Part shown: piece by piece, positions 1 to 10,473 of the stretch
Position numbering within the stretch: the stretch's first letter is position 1
Layout: every line of letters begins with the position of its first letter
Assembly (NCBI GenBank): GCA_963666975.2
Contig: CAXVYR010000004.1
Span: 1,440,001-1,504,000, forward strand
Length of the DNA: 64,000 nucleotides
Reading direction: 5' to 3'
Origin: Terriglobia bacterium
Lineage (GTDB): Bacteria; Acidobacteriota; Terriglobia; 2-12-FULL-54-10
Notes under the pieces: generated by a model
Seen by the model: only the letters and a program-made list of their open reading frames with translations
Database searches by the model: none
What the model was told of the DNA's origin: nothing
Made by a program: the position numbers and the translations under genes

Positions 1-945
1 GGCTGGGTGGAAGAGGACTCCGCCGCCGCTGCCGCCGGTTTCCAGACCGGGGACCGCATCACTCGAATCGCAGACAACCAAGACACCGAGTGGCGGGACG
101 TGGAACTGCTGATCGTCTCCAATCCGGGAAGCCCGCTGGAAGTCACGGTGGAGCGGGACGGACAGCCGCTGACGAGCACGATGACGCCGCGGCCCGAAGG
201 CCGGACGCGCCTTGGCTCCGCCGGGTGGTACCCGCGCATGGCGGCCAAGCTGCAAGCAGTGGCGCCGGGGCTTCCGGCTGAGCAAGCGGGCCTGGAGACC
301 GGCGATGAGATTGTCTCCGTCGATGGCGTCGCGGTAGGGTTCTGGCCCAGAATATCGGAGATTCTCCAGACCAGCGAGGGGAAAACCCTGGAGCTTGGTC
401 TCCTTCGCAACGGCGAGCTGATGACCACCCAGATCAACCCGGTCCACAGCACCGCTACCGGCGACCCGCAGACGAAGTGGCGGATTGGTGTGGCCTTTCA
501 AAACGAAGTCATCACACGGGAACTCGGCTTTTCGGCGGCGCTGTCGGAATCGCTGGCCACCAACAAGAAGTTTACCCTCTTGATCTTTGAGGTCGTCGGC
601 AAGATATTTTCCGCCGAGATGTCTCCGAGGACGCTGGAAGGGCCGATCGGCATTGCCCGCCTCTCCGGGCGCGCCGCCCGCCAGAGCTTGGGAGACCTGC
701 TCAGCCTGATGGCCGCCATCAGCTTGAACCTTGGCATCTTCAATCTTTTCCCGATCCCTGTCCTGGACGGAGGCGTCATTCTGTTGCTGCTGATTGAGAG
801 CGTCATGCGCCGGGACCTCAGCCTGCGCATCAAAGAGCGGGTCATGCAGGCCGGCTTCGCCTTCCTGCTCCTGATCGCCGCCTTCGTTATCTATAACGAC
901 ATCGTCAAGGCACTCCCGGAACGGTTTGAAAAATTCTTTCCGTGA
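1..945 (+). CDS. rseP: RIP metalloprotease RseP (M50, PDZ domains), 5'-truncated by window edge
   Basis: Two PDZ-like repeats, GPIGIA and NLFPIPVLDGG motifs; upstream of ispG. Confidence 0.93.
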   Translation, partial: GWVEEDSAAAAAGFQTGDRITRIADNQDTEWRDVELLIVSNPGSPLEVTVERDGQPLTSTMTPRPEGRTRLGSAGWYPRMAAKLQAVAPGLPAEQAGLETGDEIVSVDGVAVGFWPRISEILQTSEGKTLELGLLRNGELMTTQINPVHSTATGDPQTKWRIGVAFQNEVITRELGFSAALSESLATNKKFTLLIFEVVGKIFSAEMSPRTLEGPIGIARLSGRAARQSLGDLLSLMAAISLNLGIFNLFPIPVLDGGVILLLLIESVMRRDLSLRIKERVMQAGFAFLLLIAAFVIYNDIVKALPERFEKFFP

Positions 946-986
946 TCCTGGCACAAAACCGTTATGGGCTAGCCATCGAAGACACT

Positions 987-1184
987 ATGCGTCCGAAATA
1001 CGACTTCAGCAAGGGTGTGCGGGGAAAGCATGCAGCTCGTTATGCCGCTGGAACCAATGTTGTGGTCCTGGAACCTGACGTGGCTGTCGAGTTCCGCACT
1101 GCAGAAGATGTGAATGACACCCTTCGTGCGGTAGCCGGCATTTTGCGGCGGCGTAAAAGACGCACGAACCGCAAAATGCCCTAA
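987..1184 (+). CDS. BrnA-like antitoxin-family small protein (orphan)
   Basis: MRPKYDFSKGVRGKHAARY...VVLEPDVA..F.TAEDVNDTLR resembles proteins normally found downstream of BrnT toxins. Confidence 0.6.
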   Translation: MRPKYDFSKGVRGKHAARYAAGTNVVVLEPDVAVEFRTAEDVNDTLRAVAGILRRRKRRTNRKMP

Positions 1185-1211
1185 GAGGTTGTTGAAAAAC
1201 TGGTGCAGGGT

Positions 1212-1239
1212 CCGCTTGCTAACGCGCGCGGCTCGGATT
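1212..1239 (+). repeat. REP-like palindromic unit
   Basis: ccgcttgctaacgcgcgcggctcggatt is 1 mismatch from the reverse complement of 22031-22058. Confidence 0.75.
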
Positions 1240-1454
1240 GTAGGTTTGGAGTTTTTCGGTTCCTTCGGAGTCGTCGGGAAAATTTTCTGGTCTTGGTTCC
1301 TACATTCAATCATGCTGGCGGGGGAGAGAGGGCGTCTGTACGCCCGTTACGGAGGCAAGCAAGGCGCAAAAATAAATTTTTGCAAAGCCAAAAGATCCTT
1401 TGTTTTCAATAGGAGTTGCCGCAGAAAGCACGAAACTGATCTAGAATTGCTTCT

Positions 1455-2696
1455 ATGGCCAGAATCGAGCGCAGGGAATCCGTTGTCGCCGAAATAGGCG
1501 GGGTTAAGGTCGGCGGGACGCACCCGATCGTCGTCCAGTCGATGACCAACACCGACACCGCCGACGTGCCCGGCACCGTCCGGCAGGTGGCTGCGCTGGC
1601 CCGCGCCGGCTCCGAGTTGGTTCGCATCACGGTGAACACGGAGGCCGCCGCAGCCGCCGTGCCTGCCATCGCCGAGGGACTGGAAGCCGAAGGCCTGCCG
1701 GTTCCGCTCATCGGCGATTTCCACTACAACGGACATCTTTTGCTGACCCGCTACCCGGAGTGCGCCCGCCGCCTGGCGAAATACCGCATCAACCCCGGCA
1801 ACGTCGATATCGGCAAGAAGCACGACGAAAATTTCCGTACCATGATCCGCGTGGCCACCGACAACGGCAAGCCGGTGCGGATCGGCGTGAACTGGGGCTC
1901 GCTCGACCAAGCGCTGCTGACCCGGATGATGGACGAAAACGCCCGTCAGGCCGTGCCGCTCGACGCAGAGGAGATCACCCGTCGGGCAATCGTCGCGAGC
2001 GCGCTCGAATCGGCCCGGATGGCCGAAGAGTACGGATTGGCTCACGAAGCGATCATCCTCAGCGCCAAGGTTTCCAGCGCCCAGAGCCTGATCGATGTCT
2101 ACCGCGCCCTCGCCGCCCGCTGCGACTACCCTTTGCATCTCGGCTTGACCGAAGCGGGCATGGGAAACAAAGGCGTGGTGGCCAGCACGGCGGCCATGTC
2201 CGTCCTGCTCCAGGAGGGAATCGGCGATACCATCCGCGTCTCTCTCACCCCCGCGCCCGGCGGCGACCGCACCGAGGAAGTGCTGGTCGCCCAGCAGATT
2301 CTGCAATCGCTTGAGATTCGCAGCTTCACGCCGCAGGTCAGCGCCTGCCCCGGATGCGGCCGCACCACCAGCACCTTCTTCCAGGAGATGGCCGATCAGA
2401 TCCAGAGCTATCTACGCGAGCAAATGCCGCTGTGGAAACAGCGCTACCGCGGCGTCGAGGAGTTGCGCCTAGCCGTGATGGGCTGCGTCGTCAACGGGCC
2501 GGGCGAATCCAAGCACGCCCACATCGGCATTTCTCTCCCCGGCACGTTTGAAGAGCCCAAGGCTCCCGTCTACGCCGACGGGCGGCTGCTGGTCACGCTC
2601 AAGGGCGAGACCATCGTTCGCGACTTCATCCGCATCTTGAACGATTACGTCGAATCCCACTACGGAAGCAAGGTGGAACAGGCTTCTGTGAATTAA
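1455..2696 (+). CDS. ispG: HMBPP synthase IspG (GcpE)
   Basis: [52 protein letters not shown]. Confidence 0.97.
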   Translation: MARIERRESVVAEIGGVKVGGTHPIVVQSMTNTDTADVPGTVRQVAALARAGSELVRITVNTEAAAAAVPAIAEGLEAEGLPVPLIGDFHYNGHLLLTRYPECARRLAKYRINPGNVDIGKKHDENFRTMIRVATDNGKPVRIGVNWGSLDQALLTRMMDENARQAVPLDAEEITRRAIVASALESARMAEEYGLAHEAIILSAKVSSAQSLIDVYRALAARCDYPLHLGLTEAGMGNKGVVASTAAMSVLLQEGIGDTIRVSLTPAPGGDRTEEVLVAQQILQSLEIRSFTPQVSACPGCGRTTSTFFQEMADQIQSYLREQMPLWKQRYRGVEELRLAVMGCVVNGPGESKHAHIGISLPGTFEEPKAPVYADGRLLVTLKGETIVRDFIRILNDYVESHYGSKVEQASVN

Positions 2697-2910
2697 TCCG
2701 GCAAGACGGCGCCGATACTGCCTGCATACGGAAAACCCCCAGCGTTCAAGCCCTGTCGTACCGAAGCCATCACCCCGGCGCATTTCCTAATCGAGTTGTT
2801 AGCCGTCCTGCCGATCATTAAAAAGCGGGATCATTTAGCCTGAGGACATCCCGAAGGTGCCGTTGGGCAACTAAACCATCAATGACGGATTCTGCCCGTA
2901 GAGGAAGTTT

Positions 2911-4950
2911 ATGAAACCGATTTTCTGTTTTTTTTGGGTTCTGTTTGCCACCGTCCTGAACGCAGCCGAGTTGCCGGTCCGCGAGGTGGTGCTCTACAAG
3001 CACGGCGTGGGTTTCTTCCGGCGCTCCGGCCAATTGCAGCCCGGCGAATCGGCGCGCCTTGATTTCAAAGCCTCCGAGATGAACGACGTGCTGAAATCGC
3101 TCACGATTGAGGAGCAGGGCGGGGGCCAAATCTCAGGTCTGCGGTACGATTCAAGCGAGCCGCTGGAACGAAAACTCTCGGAGTTTCCTTTCCGGCTGGG
3201 GCCGGGCCAACCGCTGAGCGCGGTGCTGGACCAACTGAAAGGCGCTATTGTGGAGTTGCAGTTTGCCGCCGAGACCGTCCGGGGGGCCATCGTCAGCGGG
3301 CGTGTGGTGCCGGGCAATGAGAACAGGCCACAGAGCGAGCAGATCACACTGCTGCTTGACTCGGGCGAGCTGCGCAACTTCGACCTGGCCGCGGCCGCGA
3401 GCATTCGATTCACCGACGCCAGCCTCCGAACGCAGTTCCGGGAATATATGGCGGTGCTGGTCGGAGCGCGCTCTAAAGAGAAGCGCAGCGTTTATATCGA
3501 TTCTACCGGCTCGGCCAACCGCCGGATCGTCGCCGACTATATGATCCCCATGCCGGTCTGGAAATCGAGCTACCGGCTGATCTTTGGAGACACCGGGGGC
3601 GACAACGGCGGCGACAGCGGCGACCCGACGCTCGAAGGCTGGGCCATCGTGGACAACACCACCGGCGAGGACTGGACCAACGTCGCCCTGGCGCTGGTCT
3701 CCGGGCGGCCTATTTCGTTTGTCAGCCGTCTCTACGAACCTCGCTACATCCAACGTCCCGTAGCCGAGCTGCCGGGTGAGCGTGCACAGGCGCCGGTGAT
3801 TTATAGCGGAGCCATCGAGATGGAAGAAGACCTCCAGGAAAATAGGCCGGTCGCGGCGAAATCGGCAGTCCTGGCCAACAGAAGGCTGCGCGCCGACATG
3901 CCGGCGAGCGCTCCGATGGAGCAAGATGCCTTCGCCATGGGAGGCCGCCTCAACGCCCTCAGTTCAGTTGCATCCACCGCGGCGGCCCGCGAGTTGGGCG
4001 AGCTGTTCGAGTATCGCTTCTCCACTCCGGTTACGGTGCGCAAAAGCGAGTCCGCCATGCTGCCCTTCCTCCAGCAAAAAGTAGAGGCGCGGAAGCTTCT
4101 GGTCTACTCCGGCGCAAACTCGATCCATCCGATGAACGCCGCCGAGATCACCAACTCCACGGGCAAGACGCTCGACGGAGGGCCGATCACCGTTTACGAG
4201 AGCAATGCATACGCCGGCGAGGCTCTGGTGGAAACCTTGAAAGCGGGCGACAAGCGGCTGATCAGCTACGGCGTGGACCTGGGCACGCGCATCACGACTC
4301 AGTTTGATTCCAAAGCGGAGGTGGTGCGGGAAATTCACCTGCGGCGCGGCATCCTCACGACCCGCACGGCTGCGGTCGAGACAAAAACTTTTACCATTCG
4401 CAACGTGGATGAAGATGCGAAGACGCTCATCATCGAGCATCCGGTCCGGCCACAATATAAGCTGCTGGACCTGAAACCCACCGAGACCACTGCGAATGCC
4501 TATCGCTTCCAGGTGAGCCTGCCCGCCGGAGCAACGGAGAAGTTTCCGGTAACCGAGGAGCGCGTCTACCAGAGGACGTTTGAGATTATGAACCTCACCC
4601 CGGATATCTTAGTGACTTACATCCAAAACAAGGACCTGAGCCTGGACGCCCGCACACAGCTCGAGCAGATCGTGGACCAAAAGCGCCAGATCGCCGAGAA
4701 CGCAGCGGAAATTCAGCGCATCGAAGCCGAGATCAACACCATGGTCCAGGACCAAGGGCGCATCCGGCAAAACATCAACAGCCTGAACCGCGTCAGAGGG
4801 CAAGAGCAGCAGGTGCAGGCTTATGCCCGGCAACTGGCGGCGCAGGAAAGCCAACTGGCATCGCTGCGCGACCACGCCTCGGAACTCCAGCGGCAGAGGA
4901 CCGTGTTGCAGTCAGAACTCAATTTCCTGATCGAGCGAATGGAGTTTTAA
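2911..4950 (+). CDS. DUF4139-family exported protein
   Basis: Signal peptide, VVLYKHGVGFF, MNDVLKSL, WKSSYRL, GWAIVDNTTGEDW, coiled-coil C-terminus. Confidence 0.75.
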   Translation: MKPIFCFFWVLFATVLNAAELPVREVVLYKHGVGFFRRSGQLQPGESARLDFKASEMNDVLKSLTIEEQGGGQISGLRYDSSEPLERKLSEFPFRLGPGQPLSAVLDQLKGAIVELQFAAETVRGAIVSGRVVPGNENRPQSEQITLLLDSGELRNFDLAAAASIRFTDASLRTQFREYMAVLVGARSKEKRSVYIDSTGSANRRIVADYMIPMPVWKSSYRLIFGDTGGDNGGDSGDPTLEGWAIVDNTTGEDWTNVALALVSGRPISFVSRLYEPRYIQRPVAELPGERAQAPVIYSGAIEMEEDLQENRPVAAKSAVLANRRLRADMPASAPMEQDAFAMGGRLNALSSVASTAAARELGELFEYRFSTPVTVRKSESAMLPFLQQKVEARKLLVYSGANSIHPMNAAEITNSTGKTLDGGPITVYESNAYAGEALVETLKAGDKRLISYGVDLGTRITTQFDSKAEVVREIHLRRGILTTRTAAVETKTFTIRNVDEDAKTLIIEHPVRPQYKLLDLKPTETTANAYRFQVSLPAGATEKFPVTEERVYQRTFEIMNLTPDILVTYIQNKDLSLDARTQLEQIVDQKRQIAENAAEIQRIEAEINTMVQDQGRIRQNINSLNRVRGQEQQVQAYARQLAAQESQLASLRDHASELQRQRTVLQSELNFLIERMEF

Positions 4951-4989
4951 GGCTGACCTTGGTTTTGGGACTGATAACTCCCGCCGGGC

Positions 4990-5499
4990 TCACTCGGATT
5001 TTTCCTTCTCCCATGGCGTGAGACGGGGAACCCAGCGGGGAACTGCTCTCCTGTACAGAAGATACTCCTCCCCAAACCGCCGAGCCAGCCCCGGCTCTTC
5101 CGACGTGATGAAGTAGACGTGGTTGATCGTCACAAACAGAAGAGCGAAGATAAAAACAGGCCAGGACCCCAGCAGAACGGACTCTCCCAGCAGGATACAA
5201 AGAACGCCGGAGATCATCGGGTTCCTTACATGCCGGTAGGGCCCCTGAGCGACAAGTTTCCGGGTGGGGTCCCAAGGCGCCAGCGTCCCCTTTCCGATGG
5301 TGGCGAACAGATGAATCGTCTTGCCGAGCAGAGTCAGCCCCCCACAAATCAGAATACAGCCTGCGAGCAGTGGCGCGAGGATCAGCGGAAATTGCAGCGA
5401 CCAGCCAACTTTCGGCCCGCCGGTGAACCACAGTATCGCTGTAGGAATGATGACGGTTGCCGTTGTCGGAAGGATCAGGATGGCCTTCAGATGCCGCAT
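4990..5499 (-). CDS. ICMT/PEMT-family membrane methyltransferase
   Basis: GKGTLAPWDPTRKLV..GPYRHVRNPM and EE..L..RFGEEY..Y...VPRW motifs. Confidence 0.85.
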   Translation of the reverse strand: MRHLKAILILPTTATVIIPTAILWFTGGPKVGWSLQFPLILAPLLAGCILICGGLTLLGKTIHLFATIGKGTLAPWDPTRKLVAQGPYRHVRNPMISGVLCILLGESVLLGSWPVFIFALLFVTINHVYFITSEEPGLARRFGEEYLLYRRAVPRWVPRLTPWEKEKSE

Positions 5500-5559
5500 C
5501 GGTTCATTCCGAAAAACTGTCTCTCCTGAAAACAGGGCCGGCTCTCCAACTTTTATACA

Positions 5560-6462
5560 CTACAGCTGAGTGATCCCGAACGTCTTTCGCCAGAAGGCCA
5601 GCACGCGCCGCTCGTACTCTTCGCCTTTACACTCCCAGCCTTTTCCGTGCGGGGAACACTCCGGTATTCGCCACAACTGTTTGGGCTCACGCGCCGCTTG
5701 ATAAACCGCTTCCACCGAGTCGCTGGGGAATGGGTCATCTTCGAGGTCGTCTATAAGAAAGACCGGGCGCGGGCTGATCCTGCCGATGGCTTTAACAGGC
5801 TCCACGTCTTCCATGTTGATGCCCAGGCGGAGTTCGCAGATGAACTTGCTGACCGGCGCAAAGGGGAAACTCGGCAAGCCGACCAAACGCCGGAAGCTAT
5901 GATCGATTACGCTGCTGAGACTCTGGAAGGGGACTTCTGCGATCACGCCCTTGATCTCCGGCCTTTCCGCCGCCGCGAAGATAGCCGCCACAGCGCCCAA
6001 CGAGTTGCCTTGCACGCCGATCCGCCCCGTGTCTACATCGTGCCGTGTCTTTAGATAGTCCACCGCACCCTCGACGTCCCACGCCTCCTTGGCTCCGAGC
6101 GTATGTACGTCACCTTCGCTCTCCCCATGGTAGCGGAAGTCGAACAGCAGCACGGATAAGCCGTTCCGGTGCAGATAGTCGGCATGCGGCAGCATCCATG
6201 TGCGGTTGCCGCCCCTGCCGTGGGTCAGGATAACGGTTGCGCCGTTTGTGCCCGGAAGGAACCACCCCGCCAGCCTCAGACCATCCCGGCTCTTGAAATG
6301 GATGTCTTCCGGGCGGGGCAGGTCGAACTGCGAAAGATGGTACTCCTCCGGGTCGGGCTCCGGATGGATGCCTCGCTCGCAACCGATCCAGCCGATAACT
6401 AGAACCACTACAACCGAGACCCCCAGCACAATGGCTACGATCCAATAAATCTTCAGGTCCAT
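5560..6462 (-). CDS. Membrane-anchored alpha/beta hydrolase
   Basis: N-terminal TM, HG.GG, FDFRYHGES, GNSLG nucleophile elbow. Confidence 0.85.
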   Translation of the reverse strand: MDLKIYWIVAIVLGVSVVVVLVIGWIGCERGIHPEPDPEEYHLSQFDLPRPEDIHFKSRDGLRLAGWFLPGTNGATVILTHGRGGNRTWMLPHADYLHRNGLSVLLFDFRYHGESEGDVHTLGAKEAWDVEGAVDYLKTRHDVDTGRIGVQGNSLGAVAAIFAAAERPEIKGVIAEVPFQSLSSVIDHSFRRLVGLPSFPFAPVSKFICELRLGINMEDVEPVKAIGRISPRPVFLIDDLEDDPFPSDSVEAVYQAAREPKQLWRIPECSPHGKGWECKGEEYERRVLAFWRKTFGITQL

Positions 6463-6561
6463 AAATGTGCCCCTTAAATCGGCTGGTTCTTTGATATCAC
6501 TGGCTGATACTCCATTCCGCTAACAGTTTAAGGTTCACCGAAACGCTGTTAGCCATTCGTA

Positions 6562-7647
6562 TCACTCAGACAACTGCGCAAGTATAGCCGCAACCTGGCG
6601 TGTGTCGTTCAGTAAATAGCCATGTTCGCGCGCCGTCTTGTGCACAGTGTACGGCACACCCTCGGGAGGCATCGCTCTTGGAAATTCCACGCGGTTATCG
6701 CCGGGTTTTTTGGCAGCCGTATGAAAATCCCAACCTCTTACGGCACGCGGCCCGTCCCTTACAACGGTGGCGAGAGTTGGATGTCTGTCACTGGCCAGCA
6801 CTGCAACAGGCGGATACTGAAAGGATTTTTCTTCCTTGGACACCAGCAACCGTCTGAACTCACTTGCCCGGCGCAACGCCATGCGGAGATGTGTCCGGTG
6901 TTGCTCGGTCACCTGAACCGCATCAGTCATGGCGAAGATTCCCAGCTTCTGACGCTCCCAATCGTCCGCTGAATACCAATCGTGCGGGATTGAGTCCCCG
7001 GTCTGTTCCACCAACGCAGACTCCGGCGTTTCCCAAGGAAAAAAGGAGTACCGTGATACGAACGTAAACAATACCTGCGGGCTCAAGATACGCTTGTTCA
7101 GACCGGTTGCGGTGCCAGCATGCATGTCTTCCAAAAAACTGATTCCGGGGCTGAACGGAACACCGGCAAACAGAACACTGTGAAAAAGGTCGGGAGAACG
7201 GTTCAGCGCCACAAAGCTGATGAGCCCTCCCATGCTATGTGCCGCCACTTGAACCTTGACACCTCCGTGCAGACCGCTGATTGTCTTCAGAAATGCCACG
7301 AAGTTTCTGACGCTTTCGAGATTATCGCGACGCCAATCGTATGCGAACGGGTAAAATGCGCGCCCGGATGCCTCGGCCCAATCGAGAAAAGGGGCATAGA
7401 TGTCATGCCAGGCCACTCTGCGGAGCGGCTCTTTCGCGGCCAGATCATCGCGCCGCTGGGTGTCGCTGTCGCCGTTCCAAACCAGCGGCAGGCGCAGGTC
7501 AGGAGAAGCAAGTCCGAGAGCCTGCCACCATGTGAGCCAGCGCAGGTTGCCCTGGGGATCTGTCAGTGTGCTGCCTTTGAAGCCGTGGATGAAGACCAGC
7601 GGAGGCAATAAGCGATCCGACGAACGCGATGGCATAGTGGAAGGCAC
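6562..7647 (-). CDS. LCAT/lipase-like alpha/beta hydrolase
   Basis: HGFKGS, FAYDWRR, AHSMGG, GD..V and C-terminal H catalytic-type motifs. Confidence 0.8.
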   Translation of the reverse strand: MPSTMPSRSSDRLLPPLVFIHGFKGSTLTDPQGNLRWLTWWQALGLASPDLRLPLVWNGDSDTQRRDDLAAKEPLRRVAWHDIYAPFLDWAEASGRAFYPFAYDWRRDNLESVRNFVAFLKTISGLHGGVKVQVAAHSMGGLISFVALNRSPDLFHSVLFAGVPFSPGISFLEDMHAGTATGLNKRILSPQVLFTFVSRYSFFPWETPESALVEQTGDSIPHDWYSADDWERQKLGIFAMTDAVQVTEQHRTHLRMALRRASEFRRLLVSKEEKSFQYPPVAVLASDRHPTLATVVRDGPRAVRGWDFHTAAKKPGDNRVEFPRAMPPEGVPYTVHKTAREHGYLLNDTRQVAAILAQLSE

Positions 7648-7680
7648 CGCCCAATACTATCCAGTTCTTTGAATTTTCAA

Positions 7681-9180
7681 TCAGCCGTCGATATTCTCGA
7701 TCAACCGGATATAAAAACGCACGGCGTCGGCGAAACCATCTACGCTAATGCGTTCGTTTGTACCGTGGGGACGTTTTAGATCCTCTGAATCAAGAACTAA
7801 TGGGCCAAAACGGTAGATGCCCTCTGCCAACTGACCAAAGTGGCGGGAGTCGGTTGCGGCAATCACGAGATAGGGTGTGACAACAGCTTCGGGGAACACT
7901 TCCCGCACGGTCCGCTCAAGAGTCCTGTAACCCTCGGTGTCGGTTTCAGAAATAGGAGAAGGATTGCTCACTAGAGGAGAGTCGGAATGGATTACCACCG
8001 TGACATTCGGATCATCCTGGAACAAACCACTGACGTGCTCGCGGACGCTATGAATAGTATCTCGATGATGAATACGAACATTAACTAGTGCTTTTGCATA
8101 AATGGGTAGGACGTTTTCCTTGGGACTGCCTCGGAGCATAGTCGGCGCGATGGTTGTCCTGAGCAGCGCATTAAGTTCTTTGGTTCCCCCAGCGCCCGCC
8201 CGGTACCATCGTGATACAACTCTGTCAATCAAGGAACCAAAAAGCCATTGATTCGCGATCACGGCACGCGCCGCGAAGGGAAATTCAGGCCCCAGCGCAT
8301 CGAGCATTTCGCTCACTACTCCCTCGATGCCGCCGTCAAACGGATTCTGCTGAAGTTTTGTGATTGCCCGCGCAAGCCGGGTTACCGCCGTGTCATAGGG
8401 AGGCATGGAAGAATGGCCGCCTTTCCCTTCTGCAATAAGTCCCAGCGTAACGTAGCCCTTCTCCGCAATACCGAGAAGGGCTACAGGTCTATCTATTCCG
8501 GGGATCACGCCGCGGGTGATAGCGGCTCCTTCATCGATAATCCACTTCAGGTGGACGCCGCGACTTTTCAGCAGTTCCGCAATTTTAACCGCGCCGTTCC
8601 GGCCCCCGACTTCTTCGTCGTGGCCGAAGCCGAGCAGGATCGTGCGTTGCGGCTGATGGCCTTCGGCAACTTGCAGCTCAACTGCTTCCATAATGGCGAC
8701 GAGAATGCCCTTCATGTCCAGGGTGCCGCGACCCCAGATGAAACCCCCGGAAATGGCGCCGCCAAAGGGCGGTTCGGTCCACTCACCTACAGAGTCCTGG
8801 TCAACCGTCACTACGTCCATATGAGCGAGGAAAATCACGGGCTCCAGGGAAGCATCCTGCCCTTCCCAGGTGTAGAGCAAACTATGCTCATTTACGATTT
8901 CCCGTTTCAAAACACGGTGCGCAGCCGGATAAGTTTCCTCAAGCCAACGGTGAAAAGCGAGAAGTTCGCTGGCATCGTTATCTGCCGGCTCTTGGTGAGA
9001 AACGGTCTGGAAACGAAGCGCCTCGGCCAGGTGCGAGGCTGCTGCCTCGGCGTTGATCTCACGCGGCTCGACGGGTATAACGTGAACTTGCTCTCCAAAG
9101 GGGTAGGTGAGCGTTCTGATTACCACGACAGCGGCAAGCACCGTGATGAACGCTGCCAGCCCAATCAATAGCTTTTTCAT
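7681..9180 (-). CDS. M20 metallopeptidase (PM20D1/carboxypeptidase S-like)
   Basis: AHMDVV, GRGTLDMKG, DEE, GHSSMPP, TDSRHF, HGTNERI. Confidence 0.9.
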   Translation of the reverse strand: MKKLLIGLAAFITVLAAVVVIRTLTYPFGEQVHVIPVEPREINAEAAASHLAEALRFQTVSHQEPADNDASELLAFHRWLEETYPAAHRVLKREIVNEHSLLYTWEGQDASLEPVIFLAHMDVVTVDQDSVGEWTEPPFGGAISGGFIWGRGTLDMKGILVAIMEAVELQVAEGHQPQRTILLGFGHDEEVGGRNGAVKIAELLKSRGVHLKWIIDEGAAITRGVIPGIDRPVALLGIAEKGYVTLGLIAEGKGGHSSMPPYDTAVTRLARAITKLQQNPFDGGIEGVVSEMLDALGPEFPFAARAVIANQWLFGSLIDRVVSRWYRAGAGGTKELNALLRTTIAPTMLRGSPKENVLPIYAKALVNVRIHHRDTIHSVREHVSGLFQDDPNVTVVIHSDSPLVSNPSPISETDTEGYRTLERTVREVFPEAVVTPYLVIAATDSRHFGQLAEGIYRFGPLVLDSEDLKRPHGTNERISVDGFADAVRFYIRLIENIDG

Positions 9181-9243
9181 GTTGTGCCTTCCAAGGCGCA
9201 ATTCTGAAAGCCAGCGTCGGCGTCCCAGCCATTCACGCGAAGG

Positions 9244-10257
9244 TCACTGGGAGAATGCCAGTACTGCCCCGTAAACACTCTGAACCACCATCGCCATGCG
9301 GTCATAGTCCAGAGTTTCAGCAGTATCTTGCGCGGTATGATAGTTCGTATTCCGGTTTAAGGCAGTATTAGTGACCATCACCGCCGTGTAGCCGGCTTTC
9401 CAATAATTGGAATGGTCCGACCAGTCGATTCCCTCAACGGATTTTGGGGCATTGAATGAATAGACGGGCAGAGGTGAAGCCGCGCGCATCGCTTTCTTCA
9501 CGCGGCGAACGGCCAAGCCCTGATCGAGCTTTCCAACAACGGCAATCCAGTTCCCGCGCGCTGGATAAAAAAATTTCATAACCGACAGAGGAAAGCTCTG
9601 GCTATTTTCGGCGTCACGGAAGAATCCGATCATCTCCAGAGAAAACATGATGCGAACCGGGACGCCTTGTTCTTTGAGCAAAGCCGCATGGCGAGCACTC
9701 CCGCCATACGGCGTGCGAAAAGTTCCCGGCCCTCCCAAGACAAGCGGCTCCTCCAACGTAAAGGCAACCAGCTCCACACGCATGGGGAGGGATTTGCTCC
9801 GACCGAGCAGGTAGGCAAGTTCAATGAGTCCGGCTACTCCGCTGGCGTTGTCGTCGGCACCGGGCAACTCACCCGCCGCGTCATAGTGCGCGCCGACGAC
9901 GATCCGTTCCTTCGTCTCTGGTCCAAACAGTGCCATGACGTTGCGGTAGGTGTTTCCACACAGCTTGTACTCTTGCTCTGACACCATCCCGTTCGCTTGC
10001 TCAAACTCTTTGCGAATGTATGCCGCAACTCGGTCCAGATTTTCAGGGTGTCTCCAGTCTCGTGGAAACAACGTCTCGGACAACATGCGAATGTGTCCTT
10101 CCAGTCGCGCAGGTTTGACGGCGGGGCTTGGCTCATTCTGTGCCCTAACAGGCAATACGGGCTGAGTTACCGCGAACCAAACTGCCGTCAAGAAGATCAG
10201 AACAGCAATTCCTATCAGCAAAACCACTTTCAAAAGACCTCCCATACAGAACCTCAT
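9244..10257 (-). CDS. M28 family peptidase
   Basis: VGAHYD, GADDNASGVA, TLEE, SDH, YHT..D. Confidence 0.9.
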   Translation of the reverse strand: MRFCMGGLLKVVLLIGIAVLIFLTAVWFAVTQPVLPVRAQNEPSPAVKPARLEGHIRMLSETLFPRDWRHPENLDRVAAYIRKEFEQANGMVSEQEYKLCGNTYRNVMALFGPETKERIVVGAHYDAAGELPGADDNASGVAGLIELAYLLGRSKSLPMRVELVAFTLEEPLVLGGPGTFRTPYGGSARHAALLKEQGVPVRIMFSLEMIGFFRDAENSQSFPLSVMKFFYPARGNWIAVVGKLDQGLAVRRVKKAMRAASPLPVYSFNAPKSVEGIDWSDHSNYWKAGYTAVMVTNTALNRNTNYHTAQDTAETLDYDRMAMVVQSVYGAVLAFSQ

Positions 10258-10473
10258 TCCTTTCGGGGTACTACCTCACCTCTCCCGCGTCAACCATCCG
10301 ACTTTAGCTCACAACCCTACCCGGTGCCGACAAACCAGGCAATAAATGGCATGACACTTTCTTGACTGTCACATCGCGAAGGTAGGGTGTAGAATCGGGC
10401 AAGGCAAGAACACAACTACTACCAGCACATGCTGGCCAGCACGGGCGTTGTCCCGCCTTGTGGGGTTGTCGGG

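Noticed and set aside
6515-6555. gctaacag...ctgttagc hairpin as an integron attC site
   Set aside because: Too short (about 36 bp), not repeated between neighbouring genes, and no integron integrase; more likely a terminator
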